Origin: a candidate division FCPU426 bacterium
GTDB lineage: Bacteria; Oederibacteriota; Muellerivitia; Muellerivitales; Muellerivitaceae
DNA: 64,000 bases
Assembly (NCBI GenBank): GCA_963830915.1
Contig: CAWHOE010000019.1
Coordinates: 53,631-117,630, forward strand
Reading direction: 5' to 3'
The first letter of the stretch is position 1. The number at the start of each line of letters is the position of its first letter. A program made the translations under genes and the position numbers. Below the pieces are notes generated by a model. That model did not search any database and was not told where the DNA came from. It saw nothing but the letters and a program-made list of their open reading frames with translations. This document shows positions 1-9,877 of the stretch, one piece after another.

Positions 1-349
1 GGTCAATATCCGGGATGTGCTCCAACACACAGTTGCTTACCACGGTCTTAAAACTGTTTGGCTTGAGGGGCAGGTCGGTGGCGCTGGCACAGATGGCTTT
101 TCCATAACTGCCGCTTGCCGTGGCCCGTTCGATCTCCTTCGGGTCAAGGTCGATCCCCACTTCCAGTTTTTCACCGAAAGCTGTTCGACAGAGGAATCCG
201 TCACCACAGCCTACGTCCAGGACGGGATGGACCAATTTTTCTTGGCTGAATCGATGGCATTCCAAAGCTCTCCAGAAAGCCATGGCCACAGGTGTGTGGG
301 TGAGATATTCCTTGAAGAAGTCCACCCTGCTTTTTTCGATTTTTTTCAA
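1..349 (-). CDS. Class I SAM-dependent methyltransferase (runs off the left edge)
   Basis: Not in ORF track. Manual translation from TTG at 349 gives LKKIEK...VLDVGCGDG...GIDLD...ASATDLP...FKTVVSNCVLEHIPD, i.e. class I MTase motifs. Confidence 0.85.
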   Translation of the reverse strand, partial: MKKIEKSRVDFFKEYLTHTPVAMAFWRALECHRFSQEKLVHPVLDVGCGDGFLCRTAFGEKLEVGIDLDPKEIERATASGSYGKAICASATDLPLKPNSFKTVVSNCVLEHIPDID

Positions 350-394
350 TGGGGCTCCATATTTGAACTAGGACGATCCTCGTCCCTGCCTCGA

Positions 395-2581
395 TTAAAT
401 CTTCTTAGCGTAATGCTTCAGGACCTTTTGCACGGCAGAGATGACATCTTTGACATCCTGGTCAGACATGGCTGGATAAAGGGGAAGTGAAAATAGACGG
501 TCGGCCAATCGGGTCGCCTCTGGCAGATCGGATCGCTTGATCTTGTATTTTTGCTGATAAAAGGGGTGCAAGTGCAGGGGGATATAATGGATCCCGGTCC
601 CAACATTTTCCCCTTTGAGCGCGGAGATGATCCCGTCCCTGTCCAATGAGAGTTCCTCAAGCTTCAATATGACGATATAAAGATGGTGATTGGTCAGGCG
701 GTCTTTAGAACTATATTCAGGGCGAGAGAAACCTGGAAGGCCCTGGAAGGCCTGGTCGTACTGTTGGACGATCTGGGTACGGCGCTCGTTGAACCCGTCC
801 AATTTATCCAACTGATGCAGGCCGACAGCCGCTTGGACGTCGGTCATGTTGTATTTAAAACCAGGTTCGGTCACATAGGTCTGTGGTTTACCATCCGAGG
901 TATACCGTTTCCAAGCGTCCTTATCCAAACCGTGCAGTACGAGGCGTCTTAAACGGTCTACCCATTTGCTATCGTTGGTCGTGATGGCCCCGCCTTCGAT
1001 GGCTGTCATGTTCTTGATGGGGTAGAAACTGAAACATGTGAAGGTGCTGAGTCCGCCTATCTTCTTTTTACCGTAAATGGAACCCACCGAATGGGCCGCA
1101 TCCTCGATCACATGGATCTTGTGTTTCTTGGCCAAGGCATGGATCTCCTTCAGGTCGCATGGATAGCCTGACATATGGACCGGGATAATGGCCTTGGTCC
1201 GTTTGGTGATCTTTCGGGCGATGAGCTTAGTAGCCAGGTTCAATGTGGCTGGGTCGGCATCCACGAAGACAGGCTTTGCGCCAACGTGTTCAACGACATT
1301 CACGGTGGCGGCGAACGTCAAGGTCGGGACGATGACCTCGTCCCCCGGACCGATATCCATGACCTTCAGGGCCAGGTGCAGGGCGGAGGTGCAGGAATCC
1401 ACGGCGATACAATGTTTGACGTCAAGATAATGGGCCAGTTTTTCCTCGAATTTTTTAGTGCGCGGGCCGGTAGTGACCCAGCCTGAGCGCAATGTCTCGA
1501 TCACTTCCTTTTCCTCTTCGGGTCCGATGAGGGGGAGCGCGAAAGGAAGGAAATTTTTTCGTATGGGCTCGCCGCCCTCGACGACGGGACGAACCACGAA
1601 GGATTTAAGGGTGCGGATGTTGTAATATTTGGCGTCGTTCTCGTCGGGTATAGTGCCGTCCCTCAAGGCCTTGGCGATCTCATTGATGGCGAAGGCGGCG
1701 TCATATTTGGGGATGAAGCCCAATTCAGAACGGATCTTGTCAAAAGCCACTCGGTAGGTGCGTTTGTCCGCGTCATCGGGTGTCCATTCCAATTCCACGT
1801 CCTTCAAGTTGGAGGCGACCATCTTGGCCAGATCGGCGATCTGATAGTTCTGATCATCACACCCCACGTTGAAGACCTTGCCGGATACTTTGGGCAGAGG
1901 TTCCTTGATGACTTGGCAATAGATGCGGGCTACATCCCGCACATGAATGAAAGGCCGCCATTGTTTGCCGCCGCCCATGATGAAGATCTTCTTTTTAGTG
2001 ACGCCGTTCATGGTCATGAGGTTGATGGCAAGGTCAAAACGCATGCGGGGAGAGAGCCCGAAGACAGTGGAAAAACGAAGCGCGGTGGGGTGGAACCCCT
2101 CGCCTTGCAGTGAGAAAAGGTATTCCTCCGCCTTGATCTTGCTCTCGGCATAGGCCGAGACGGGGTTCTTGGGTGATTCCTCGGTGAGGATCTGGCCTTC
2201 CCCAAAACCGTAGACGCTGCAGGAGGATGAGAAAATGACCCGTTTCACCCCATCGCGTTTCGCCATGCGGAACAACTGACAGCTGCCATCCACGTTAACA
2301 TCCTCGGTCAGGCCGGGACTCAATTCGCAGGAAGGGTCATTGGATAGGGCGGCCAGATGGATGATCGAGTCAAACTCTTTCAGGTTACGGCCGCTTTTTT
2401 CCAGGTTTCGAATGTCCATTTCCCAGGCTTTGACGGTCTTTTTCTTGAGAAGATCACCCAGGGTCGATTTTCCAAAATAGAACTTCTCCAAAATGGTCAC
2501 CTCGTGACCTTCCGAGACCAACATGGGAACCAGGACCGACCCGATATAACCAGCGCCTCCCGTTACTAAGACACTCGACAT
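395..2581 (-). CDS. Fusion of NAD-dependent epimerase/dehydratase (extended SDR) and DegT/DnrJ/EryC1/StrS PLP aminotransferase
   Basis: N-terminal VLVTGGAGYIGS and YAESK. C-terminal half has SCTSALHL, IEDAAHS, FSFYPIKNMTAIEGG and GFKYNMTD. Confidence 0.93.
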   Translation of the reverse strand: MSSVLVTGGAGYIGSVLVPMLVSEGHEVTILEKFYFGKSTLGDLLKKKTVKAWEMDIRNLEKSGRNLKEFDSIIHLAALSNDPSCELSPGLTEDVNVDGSCQLFRMAKRDGVKRVIFSSSCSVYGFGEGQILTEESPKNPVSAYAESKIKAEEYLFSLQGEGFHPTALRFSTVFGLSPRMRFDLAINLMTMNGVTKKKIFIMGGGKQWRPFIHVRDVARIYCQVIKEPLPKVSGKVFNVGCDDQNYQIADLAKMVASNLKDVELEWTPDDADKRTYRVAFDKIRSELGFIPKYDAAFAINEIAKALRDGTIPDENDAKYYNIRTLKSFVVRPVVEGGEPIRKNFLPFALPLIGPEEEKEVIETLRSGWVTTGPRTKKFEEKLAHYLDVKHCIAVDSCTSALHLALKVMDIGPGDEVIVPTLTFAATVNVVEHVGAKPVFVDADPATLNLATKLIARKITKRTKAIIPVHMSGYPCDLKEIHALAKKHKIHVIEDAAHSVGSIYGKKKIGGLSTFTCFSFYPIKNMTAIEGGAITTNDSKWVDRLRRLVLHGLDKDAWKRYTSDGKPQTYVTEPGFKYNMTDVQAAVGLHQLDKLDGFNERRTQIVQQYDQAFQGLPGFSRPEYSSKDRLTNHHLYIVILKLEELSLDRDGIISALKGENVGTGIHYIPLHLHPFYQQKYKIKRSDLPEATRLADRLFSLPLYPAMSDQDVKDVISAVQKVLKHYAKKI

Positions 2582-2644
2582 AATTCTTTCCTTTCGAGGT
2601 TTATTGATGATCCGTCGGGGTGATGGCGGCTTTCAACCCCGAGG

Positions 2645-3520
2645 TCACTGCTTTCTCCATACATAATCTAGCTTAAAAGGCCCTGGTTCAAAACCGTTTC
2701 TCATATAAAAACGCAAGGCTCCCAGGTTTTCGGTCTGGGTTTTTACCCCCAGGGTGAATCCTACCAGCTTCTCGGCCCTTCTCCAGCTTTCGGCCACCAG
2801 CAGGCTGCCTACGCCCTTGCCCTGAGCGGCAGGGGAAACGGCAATGAGGTCGATCCAAAGGGAGCGATTTTTATCATCTTTTTTTAATGTCACGAAACCC
2901 AGGACTTTTTTATCGAGGGCCACGATAACCTCACTAGCGTACCCGCCCTTTACCGAGTTCTTGGCCCATTCCCCGTAGATTTTCTTGGCCCCGCCAGGGG
3001 GTAGTCCCGGCTCATGATAGAACCTACCCTCTTCAAAGGCTAAATGGGCGATCCTCACCAATTGGAGGGTATCTTTTCCCTGGGCTTGCCTCAAAACGAT
3101 GTTTTGACCTGGAACGGAAGAGGGCCTCAGCTGTTTCATCCGAAGGGTGGAAAGACCTCCGGCATAAGTAAAACCGATCCTTTCAAGGGCTTGAATGTAA
3201 GCGTGTTCGGACATGGAGAGCCGTGCGAAGACGGACGCGGCATTGAGTTTTTCGAACACATCGGGGAAAGAGGATACGGATTTTTTCAATGCTGTCCATG
3301 ATCGGCCGGCGGCCCACCTTAATCCCAATCGAGTTTCTTTCAGGATGGAACTTTCCCAGTCAAGTTTAGCAAGGCAAAGGGCGGCATCCGCTTTGGCTCC
3401 CTGTGGGGTCATCCAAACCATTTCGGACGGATCGGGCAGGTTGAAGTCACCTTGTCGACAAGGTAGGGTCTGAAGGAGGGACCGCAGGCTTTGGGAGCTG
3501 CCCTTCGCTCTGGTGAACAA
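2645..3520 (-). CDS. GNAT N-acetyltransferase, WecD/RffC-like
   Basis: IDLIAVSPAAQGKGVG acetyl-CoA motif; VKTQTENLGALRFYMRNGF resembles the WecD C-terminus. Start codon uncertain. Confidence 0.8.
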   Translation of the reverse strand: MFTRAKGSSQSLRSLLQTLPCRQGDFNLPDPSEMVWMTPQGAKADAALCLAKLDWESSILKETRLGLRWAAGRSWTALKKSVSSFPDVFEKLNAASVFARLSMSEHAYIQALERIGFTYAGGLSTLRMKQLRPSSVPGQNIVLRQAQGKDTLQLVRIAHLAFEEGRFYHEPGLPPGGAKKIYGEWAKNSVKGGYASEVIVALDKKVLGFVTLKKDDKNRSLWIDLIAVSPAAQGKGVGSLLVAESWRRAEKLVGFTLGVKTQTENLGALRFYMRNGFEPGPFKLDYVWRKQ

Positions 3521-3562
3521 GAAAGACTCCTGGATGAATTTATGATCCGGACCTGTTTGCGC

Positions 3563-4498
3563 TCAATAGATCCTGTCGATGACGTAACGGGGCCGTTTTT
3601 GCACTTCCGAGTAGATGCGGGCCAGATATTCCCCCATCAATCCCAGAAGCACGAACTGAATGCCGAAAAGGGCCAGCATCACCGCGATGAATGAGGTCAG
3701 ACCTGAACCCCCTCCGCTTCCGTGGAGCAAACGGTATACCAACAACCAAACCCCCAGGCCCAATCCCACCCCTGAAAAGAGGAAACCAGCGTAGCTCACG
3801 ACCCTAATGGGGTAATCTGAAAAACCTATCATGATGTTCAAGACGAAATTGAGGAGGGAAAAAAACTGGTACTTGGATTTCCCGCGGGTGCGGGGATCAT
3901 GGCGCACGGGGACCTCGATGACATTTCGACTCAGGATGTTCATCAACGCGGTGATATAAGTGGCTCGTTCCTCACATTTGAGAAAACGCTCGATCAACAC
4001 TCGGCTATAGGCGCGGAGCATGCAACCGTAATCGTGGAGTTTGACGGTGGTCACTCGGGAAATAAGGCGATTCACGATCCTGGAGGGGATCGTTCGCAAA
4101 AGGGAATCCTCGCGATGTTCCCGCCAACCGGCGGCGATATCGTAACCCTTTTCCACGGCGGCGACCAGTTTGGGGATCTCTTCGGGAGGATTCTGAAGGT
4201 CCGCGTCCAGGGTGACGATGACTTTTCCTTTGCATTCAGCCATCCCTGCTGTTACTGCCGGATGCTGGCCGTAATTCCTGGCGAAATGAACGACTTTCAT
4301 GTGGGGATATTTTTTCTTCAAGGTCAATAACAGTTCCAGGCTTCCGTCGGTACTGCCGTCGTTGACGAAAAGGGCCTCATAACTTTTCCCGGTGGTTTTC
4401 AATACCTTGAAGAGCCTTTCGCAGAGTTCTTCCAGGCAAAGTTTCTCGTTGAAAACAGGAATGATCACCGAAATGGCGGGGAAAGGGGAGGTGGGCAT
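3563..4498 (-). CDS. GT2 polyprenol-phosphate glycosyltransferase, ArnC/GtrB-like
   Basis: ISVIIPVFNE, VNDGSTDGS, RNYGQHPA, LDADLQNPPEEIP, DYGCMLRAY, two C-terminal TM helices, GEYLARIY. Confidence 0.9.
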   Translation of the reverse strand: MPTSPFPAISVIIPVFNEKLCLEELCERLFKVLKTTGKSYEALFVNDGSTDGSLELLLTLKKKYPHMKVVHFARNYGQHPAVTAGMAECKGKVIVTLDADLQNPPEEIPKLVAAVEKGYDIAAGWREHREDSLLRTIPSRIVNRLISRVTTVKLHDYGCMLRAYSRVLIERFLKCEERATYITALMNILSRNVIEVPVRHDPRTRGKSKYQFFSLLNFVLNIMIGFSDYPIRVVSYAGFLFSGVGLGLGVWLLVYRLLHGSGGGSGLTSFIAVMLALFGIQFVLLGLMGEYLARIYSEVQKRPRYVIDRIY

Positions 4499-4620
4499 GG
4501 TTCCAGGTGTCTCCTTAGTGGATATTGAATGGTAAACCAGATTAGCCACAGTTTATCAGACATTCGGAAGCCTGGGGAGGGCTTCCTCCTCCGATGGGGG
4601 ACCTTTCCGGCGAGGATTTA

Positions 4621-5823
4621 TCAGGTAAGGGAAACCTTTTGAGCGATTTCGCGGCCTATGGGCAGGGAAGCGGTCGCGGCGGGTGAAGGAGCGTTCAAGA
4701 CGTGAAGGACATTTTCGGCCTCCAAGAACTTGAAATCGTCCAAAAGAGCTCCTCCAGTATCCAGGGCTTGGGCTCGGACACCTGATCCGCCAGTTACGAG
4801 ATCTTTACCCTCGATGTCCGGCACCAATTTCTGCAGGGCTTTGACAAAAGCGGATTTGAACAAGGATCGATAGATCTCGTGGAGCCCATCGCCGCCGTAT
4901 TTGAAGGCCATGATCCAGAATCCTGGATAAGTGAGGGTTTCCAAGGCGTCCCTTAAATTGAAACTGAATTTTCCATAACCTTCCCTTTTATAGGCCAGGA
5001 CGGCGTTAGGACCGGCTTCCACCCCGCCGTGGATCATGTTGGTGAAATGAACACCTAAAAATGGGAATAGCGGGTTAGGGACAGGGTAGATGAGGTTTTT
5101 GACCAGAGACTCGGCTTCGGGTTTCAAACTGTAGTATTCCCCACGGAAGGGAATGATCTTTACTTTCGGGGATAAGCCGCATGTTCGCGCGACCCGGTCG
5201 CTGTGAAGTCCCCCGCAATTGACCAAATACTTAGCCTTGAAGTCTCCCTGGTTGGTTTTCAGGATCCAAAGGTTGTCCTGGCGGGTTGCCGAGAAAAGGC
5301 GGGTGTTGGTCTGAAGGGTTCCTCCTGACTTTTGGATCAATTCAGCCATCTTTAAACAGACTTCTTTGTAATCAACGATACCTGTTCCGGGCACCTTAAG
5401 GGCTTTAACGCCTTTGGCGTGGGGTTCCAATTCTTTCAAATGGTCGGGACCGATCAACTCCAACCCCGCCACTCCATTGGCCAAGCCCCTCTGATGAAGT
5501 TGTTCCAACAGAGGGATCTCCTGGGGGCCGGTGGCCACAACGACTTTTCCCGTAATGCGGCAGGCTACCTGGTGGGTCTGACAGAATTCTTTCATTTCCC
5601 TGGCGCCCTCCACGCTCAAACGAGCCTTGAAGGAGCCTGGTTTGTAGTAGAGTCCGGAATGGATGACGCCTGAATTGTGGCCCGTTTGGTGATAGGCCAA
5701 GGAGTCTTCTTTCTCGATCAATAAAAGGGAGGATCCCGGATATTTTTCAAGCAGGGCTTTGGCAGTGGCGAGGCCCACGATGCCCCCGCCTACCACGGCG
5801 AATTGATACGGGTTGTTCGACAT
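4621..5823 (-). CDS. lhgO: L-2-hydroxyglutarate oxidase family FAD oxidoreductase
   Basis: VVGGGIVGLATA, HQTGHNSGVIHSGLYY, PFRGEYY, FPFLGVHFT, GVRAQAL, NAPSPAATAS. Confidence 0.92.
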   Translation of the reverse strand: MSNNPYQFAVVGGGIVGLATAKALLEKYPGSSLLLIEKEDSLAYHQTGHNSGVIHSGLYYKPGSFKARLSVEGAREMKEFCQTHQVACRITGKVVVATGPQEIPLLEQLHQRGLANGVAGLELIGPDHLKELEPHAKGVKALKVPGTGIVDYKEVCLKMAELIQKSGGTLQTNTRLFSATRQDNLWILKTNQGDFKAKYLVNCGGLHSDRVARTCGLSPKVKIIPFRGEYYSLKPEAESLVKNLIYPVPNPLFPFLGVHFTNMIHGGVEAGPNAVLAYKREGYGKFSFNLRDALETLTYPGFWIMAFKYGGDGLHEIYRSLFKSAFVKALQKLVPDIEGKDLVTGGSGVRAQALDTGGALLDDFKFLEAENVLHVLNAPSPAATASLPIGREIAQKVSLT

Positions 5824-5849
5824 ATAAGTTTCCTTTCGCGATAACGGAT

Positions 5850-7861
5850 TCAGGGAATTTCCGGGCCCAACGGCATATCTTTTTGAAGGCTTTCGATATC
5901 TTCCTTGGAGATCTCCATGGTTTTCACGAAAGTCAGGTGCCAGGGACTCTGGAGCTCTCCCCAGACCGCCCTCGGATACAACTGACGGAGTTTATCCAAG
6001 TCCAACTTATTGGGGATGAAAAGCAACATGACGTTTCGGTTAACTTTGTAGTTGATCGGCAATATCAGGTCCTTGTTGATATCGGTCATCTTGATCTTGT
6101 CACGGGTCAGTACATTGACGGTGGAAGAATCGTATTCCCAATCCACCAACAGATGGCAACGGGGGTAATTGGCCTTGAGGAAATCCGCGACCTCGATCTG
6201 ATTGAAACAAAGAGGGTCCCAATATTTATCCCCGTAATTGGCTTTCGTGTCGCTGTAAGTGAAATAATAAATGCGGGAATTCCAGGCGACCGCCGATATC
6301 ACGACCAGGGCCAACAAGAAGAACCCTGTTCGTTGGATGCCCCGTGAGAATCCTGAAAAAAACCGGAATAACCAATCCAGGCTCCAGCCGGCCGCCAGAA
6401 AAATGAAAGGGACGATGAAGAAGTTACGTAACCCATTGACATAAGTCGGGTCGAAACTGGGCCATTGTATGGAAAACGCGTTGGCCGCCACCCCGAAAGC
6501 GAACCCTGGCAAGATATACCAACTCAGCCGTTTCCGGTAATGGGTGAAAATCAGGACCAAAGCCAGGAGCAACAAGGCTCCCACTAAGGGGTCCAATTGG
6601 GGGCAGGGCGGACAGAACCTTTGATCCTGCGCTTTGTTCTGATGAACGAAGGTCAAAAGGGTCCAACCGATCTTCTCGAATATCAGGCCGTAATTACCCG
6701 TTTGTTGGACGGCATTGAAAACGCTCAGCTCGCGCGAGCGGGACAAGAATTCCGAAAGATGGGTCAAGGCGAAGATGAGATAAGGACCGACCCACCAAAA
6801 AAAAGCGAAGATGGTCAAGGCCAAACGGCCGGCATAATTTTTGAGGAACGTTCGGCCTTCCGATAGGTGAATGCCCAGCAGAACCAACCCGACCAGGAAT
6901 GGAATCAGGCGGCCAGGAAGATACTCCATGAAGCAAAAACCGACAAAGATCCCCGCTAAAGCGAAATCCGATTTTCGGCCATCCATCAGGGCTCGGGCCA
7001 GGAAATAGAAGGATAGGATCTCATACAGGACCAGGAGGATATTCTGGAAAGGGGAAAGACTATAAAAGAGGTACCACCATCCGGTCGACATCAGGAAACC
7101 GCTAACAGCGAAGGTCCAGTGGCGAAAAAAAGCCTGCATAAACGATAGAAGAAAAAGAGCCCGGCCACAGAAACCAACGCCGAGAAAGCCCGGGCTGAGG
7201 CGCAGGAGGTCCCGAAAACTTTCAGGAACAGGGCCAGGATACAAAAGTGCATGGAACCGTTCCCGCCCCAACCGATAACGTAAGGGGATTGGAGGGACCC
7301 ATCGAGGACCCTAAAGGCGTCCGTGATATTGTTGGCTTCGTCGATCTGGAGGCCGGTGATATGTTGCCCAATGAAAGGGAATCGCATCAATACGGCGATC
7401 AATAGGATCAAGGGTAAGACGATCTTTTCGGATAGGGGATTTCGGTCGGCAATGGTTTCCGGGACCTTATCTTTGATGAGCCAGAAGAGACCCAAGGCGA
7501 TCACCCATGAGAATAGGGCTGGAAAGATCAGATGCTGTGAGAAAAGGAATTGACCGATGGAGGCCAGGATAACGGTGGAAATAAAGATCAATAAATCGCG
7601 GCGCGAAACTTTCAATTTTTGTTTAGGAAATGATAATTTTGCTGAGGCCGGTTTATTTTTCTCCGAGGAAGGGAAAAGACTTGTGGGAAAAGCTTTCCAT
7701 ATCAACCAGGCGGCTAAAACTTGAAGGGGGATACCCCAGGCCCAATTAGGGACCGGGCCAGTCAGTTGTAATGATCCGATGAACCCCGATAGGATCCCTC
7801 CAACCCCATAAAGCCAGTCGAGGGTGTGGGTTTTTTTGGCTTTTTTGATCTTCGCTCTCAT
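5850..7861 (-). CDS. GT-C fold (ArnT/PMT, GT39-like) membrane glycosyltransferase, split by a 1-nt frameshift near 7100
   Basis: ORF 7091-7861 carries RFPFIG...IDEA; ORF 5850-7271 continues the multi-TM body. Adding one G near 7100 gives the continuous reading GPSLLAGFLMSTGWW. Confidence 0.8.
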
Positions 7862-7951
7862 GGAAAATTCCGATATTAAATAAGTTTAAGATCGATCATA
7901 CCAATGGTACGGCGTATCCAGGCGGCGTCAGGGGTTACTGAAACCGAGATT

Positions 7952-8656
7952 TCAATCACTGAAACGGTAACGGATCAAGCAAACCATCGCCACGATGCCA
8001 TCCCGCCAGGTGATCTTCTTGCCTTCCTCGAACCCCCTGCCGTGATAAGAAATGGGAACCTCGAAAAGTTTGTATCCCTTTTTCAGCACCTTGGCGGTCA
8101 CCTCGGGTTCGAAGTCGAAACGATTGGAACGAAGTCGTAAAGAACGAAGGATCTCGCCCTTGAAAGCTTTATAACAGGTTTCCATATCGGTCAGTACAGT
8201 GTCGTATAGGAGATTGGTGACAAAGGTCAAAAGCTTATTGCCCACGAAATGCCAGAACATAAAAGCGCGGTGAACGCCTTTGAAACGTGACCCATAGACC
8301 ACATCGGCCTTTCCTTGTAATAGGAGATCCAATACTTTCTCGTAGTCGGACGGATCGTATTCAAGGTCCGCGTCCTGGATGATGACGAAATCCCCCTGGG
8401 TATGGGGAATGGCTGTTCTGATCGCGGCTCCTTTGCCTTGATTGTGATCATGCTGAAGGATCAGCCCTCCAGGAACCCGAAGGTTTTTGAGGATGCGGGC
8501 GGTCCCATCCGAGGAGCCGTCATTGACAATAATGATCTGTTTTCGGAGACCGAAGAGTTTTACTTTTTGGACCTTTTTTAACAACGGGAGAAGGGTATTT
8601 TCCTCGTTGTAGACCGGAATGATGATGGAAAGAAGAGGCTTTTTTTTCTGGGCCAT
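7952..8656 (-). CDS. GT2 DPM1-like glycosyltransferase
   Basis: LSIIIPVYNEE, NQGKGAAIR, IQDADLEYDP, TDMETCYK, GKKITWRDG. Start trimmed to the ATG at 8656. Confidence 0.92.
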   Translation of the reverse strand: MAQKKKPLLSIIIPVYNEENTLLPLLKKVQKVKLFGLRKQIIIVNDGSSDGTARILKNLRVPGGLILQHDHNQGKGAAIRTAIPHTQGDFVIIQDADLEYDPSDYEKVLDLLLQGKADVVYGSRFKGVHRAFMFWHFVGNKLLTFVTNLLYDTVLTDMETCYKAFKGEILRSLRLRSNRFDFEPEVTAKVLKKGYKLFEVPISYHGRGFEEGKKITWRDGIVAMVCLIRYRFSD

Positions 8657-8929
8657 GAAACTCTTTCTTGGCAGCTGATCTGAAACGCGCGATTCTTGAA
8701 TTCCCAAACAGTCCAACGGTTTCAATTTTGCCCATTCGATCAAGGAAAACAAGGAAAAAGAAAGACTTCTTCGCTCTTTGGCCCAAACCAATAAAGGTTT
8801 TAGTCCCTAAGGTCGGGTAATTTTGATCATTTTTTATAAAATTTCCCGACCTTAAGGACCGGGCACAATGACCGTGGTTTCGCTTGGTAAACCTGAGGCC
8901 GTTTACTCGTTTGGATCCGACTGGCTCGG

Positions 8930-9658
8930 TTAGGGTTTTCGGCTTGGTTTTAGGCCGACGCAAAACAATGAAAGCCCGATAGGCCTGGGAAGATATTTCT
9001 CGATCCTCGCGATCAAACGGACGACTCGATCATAGAGAAGGATCTGGGACTTTGGGATGATCTTACGTTTCAGGATCTTGCCATTGAACCACCAGCCAAG
9101 CACGCCCAGCAGGTTCAGGTAACGGCAAAAGTCCACTTGAAATCCAGTTTCCAACATTTTATCCCGCAAGTCTCCCAAGGCGTATCGACGGAAATGGCCA
9201 TAACTCTTATCCATCGAACCGTAAAGAGAAGGAAGGGCTGGAACGAAAAGCAGGAGTTTGCCACCTGGCGGTAGGAGCTTATAACAATGTTCGAGGACTT
9301 GACGATCGTCGAACAGGTGTTCCAAAACGTTCACGCAAACGATGGTATCGGCCTTGAACGCCTTTAAGGATAGTAGGCCTTTTCCGAGGTCGACTTTTTT
9401 AAAAGAGATACCCGATCTTCCTTTCAAACGGGCCTTGGCCGCCAAAAGGTATCCGGAATGGAGATCGACCGCCAGGATCTTGCCGTGAAGGGCCAGGTCG
9501 CCCGTCAGGTTGCCGGTACCGCACCCGATCTCGAGGATCCTGCCGCCAAGGAATGGCTGGAGCATTTGATAGATCCAGTGGTTGTAATGGACCGCCTCAG
9601 CCAGGTCATCGAGAGTTTCCCTCTGACCATCCCATTTGTTTTTTTGACTAGAGGACAA
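8930..9658 (-). CDS. Class I SAM-dependent methyltransferase
   Basis: ILEIGCGTG, NVLEHL, GHFRRY. Confidence 0.88.
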   Translation of the reverse strand: MSSSQKNKWDGQRETLDDLAEAVHYNHWIYQMLQPFLGGRILEIGCGTGNLTGDLALHGKILAVDLHSGYLLAAKARLKGRSGISFKKVDLGKGLLSLKAFKADTIVCVNVLEHLFDDRQVLEHCYKLLPPGGKLLLFVPALPSLYGSMDKSYGHFRRYALGDLRDKMLETGFQVDFCRYLNLLGVLGWWFNGKILKRKIIPKSQILLYDRVVRLIARIEKYLPRPIGLSLFCVGLKPSRKP

Positions 9659-9877
9659 CTGGGTTCCTTTATCTAGATGAGTTATTTGCCTGGGAACAAT
9701 CTAACTGAAGTATGGTGCTGACACAATGGAAAGGCTGGTCAAAGGCGGGTCAAAGGTTCTTTTTGAGCCATTGGATGGTCGTGTCGATGGCCTCGGCTTC
9801 CTAGGACGTACCACAAAAGGGGCGGGTGCCGGCAAGGGGGCCGGCACCGAGACCAATCATTGAGATCGAAAAAAAGC

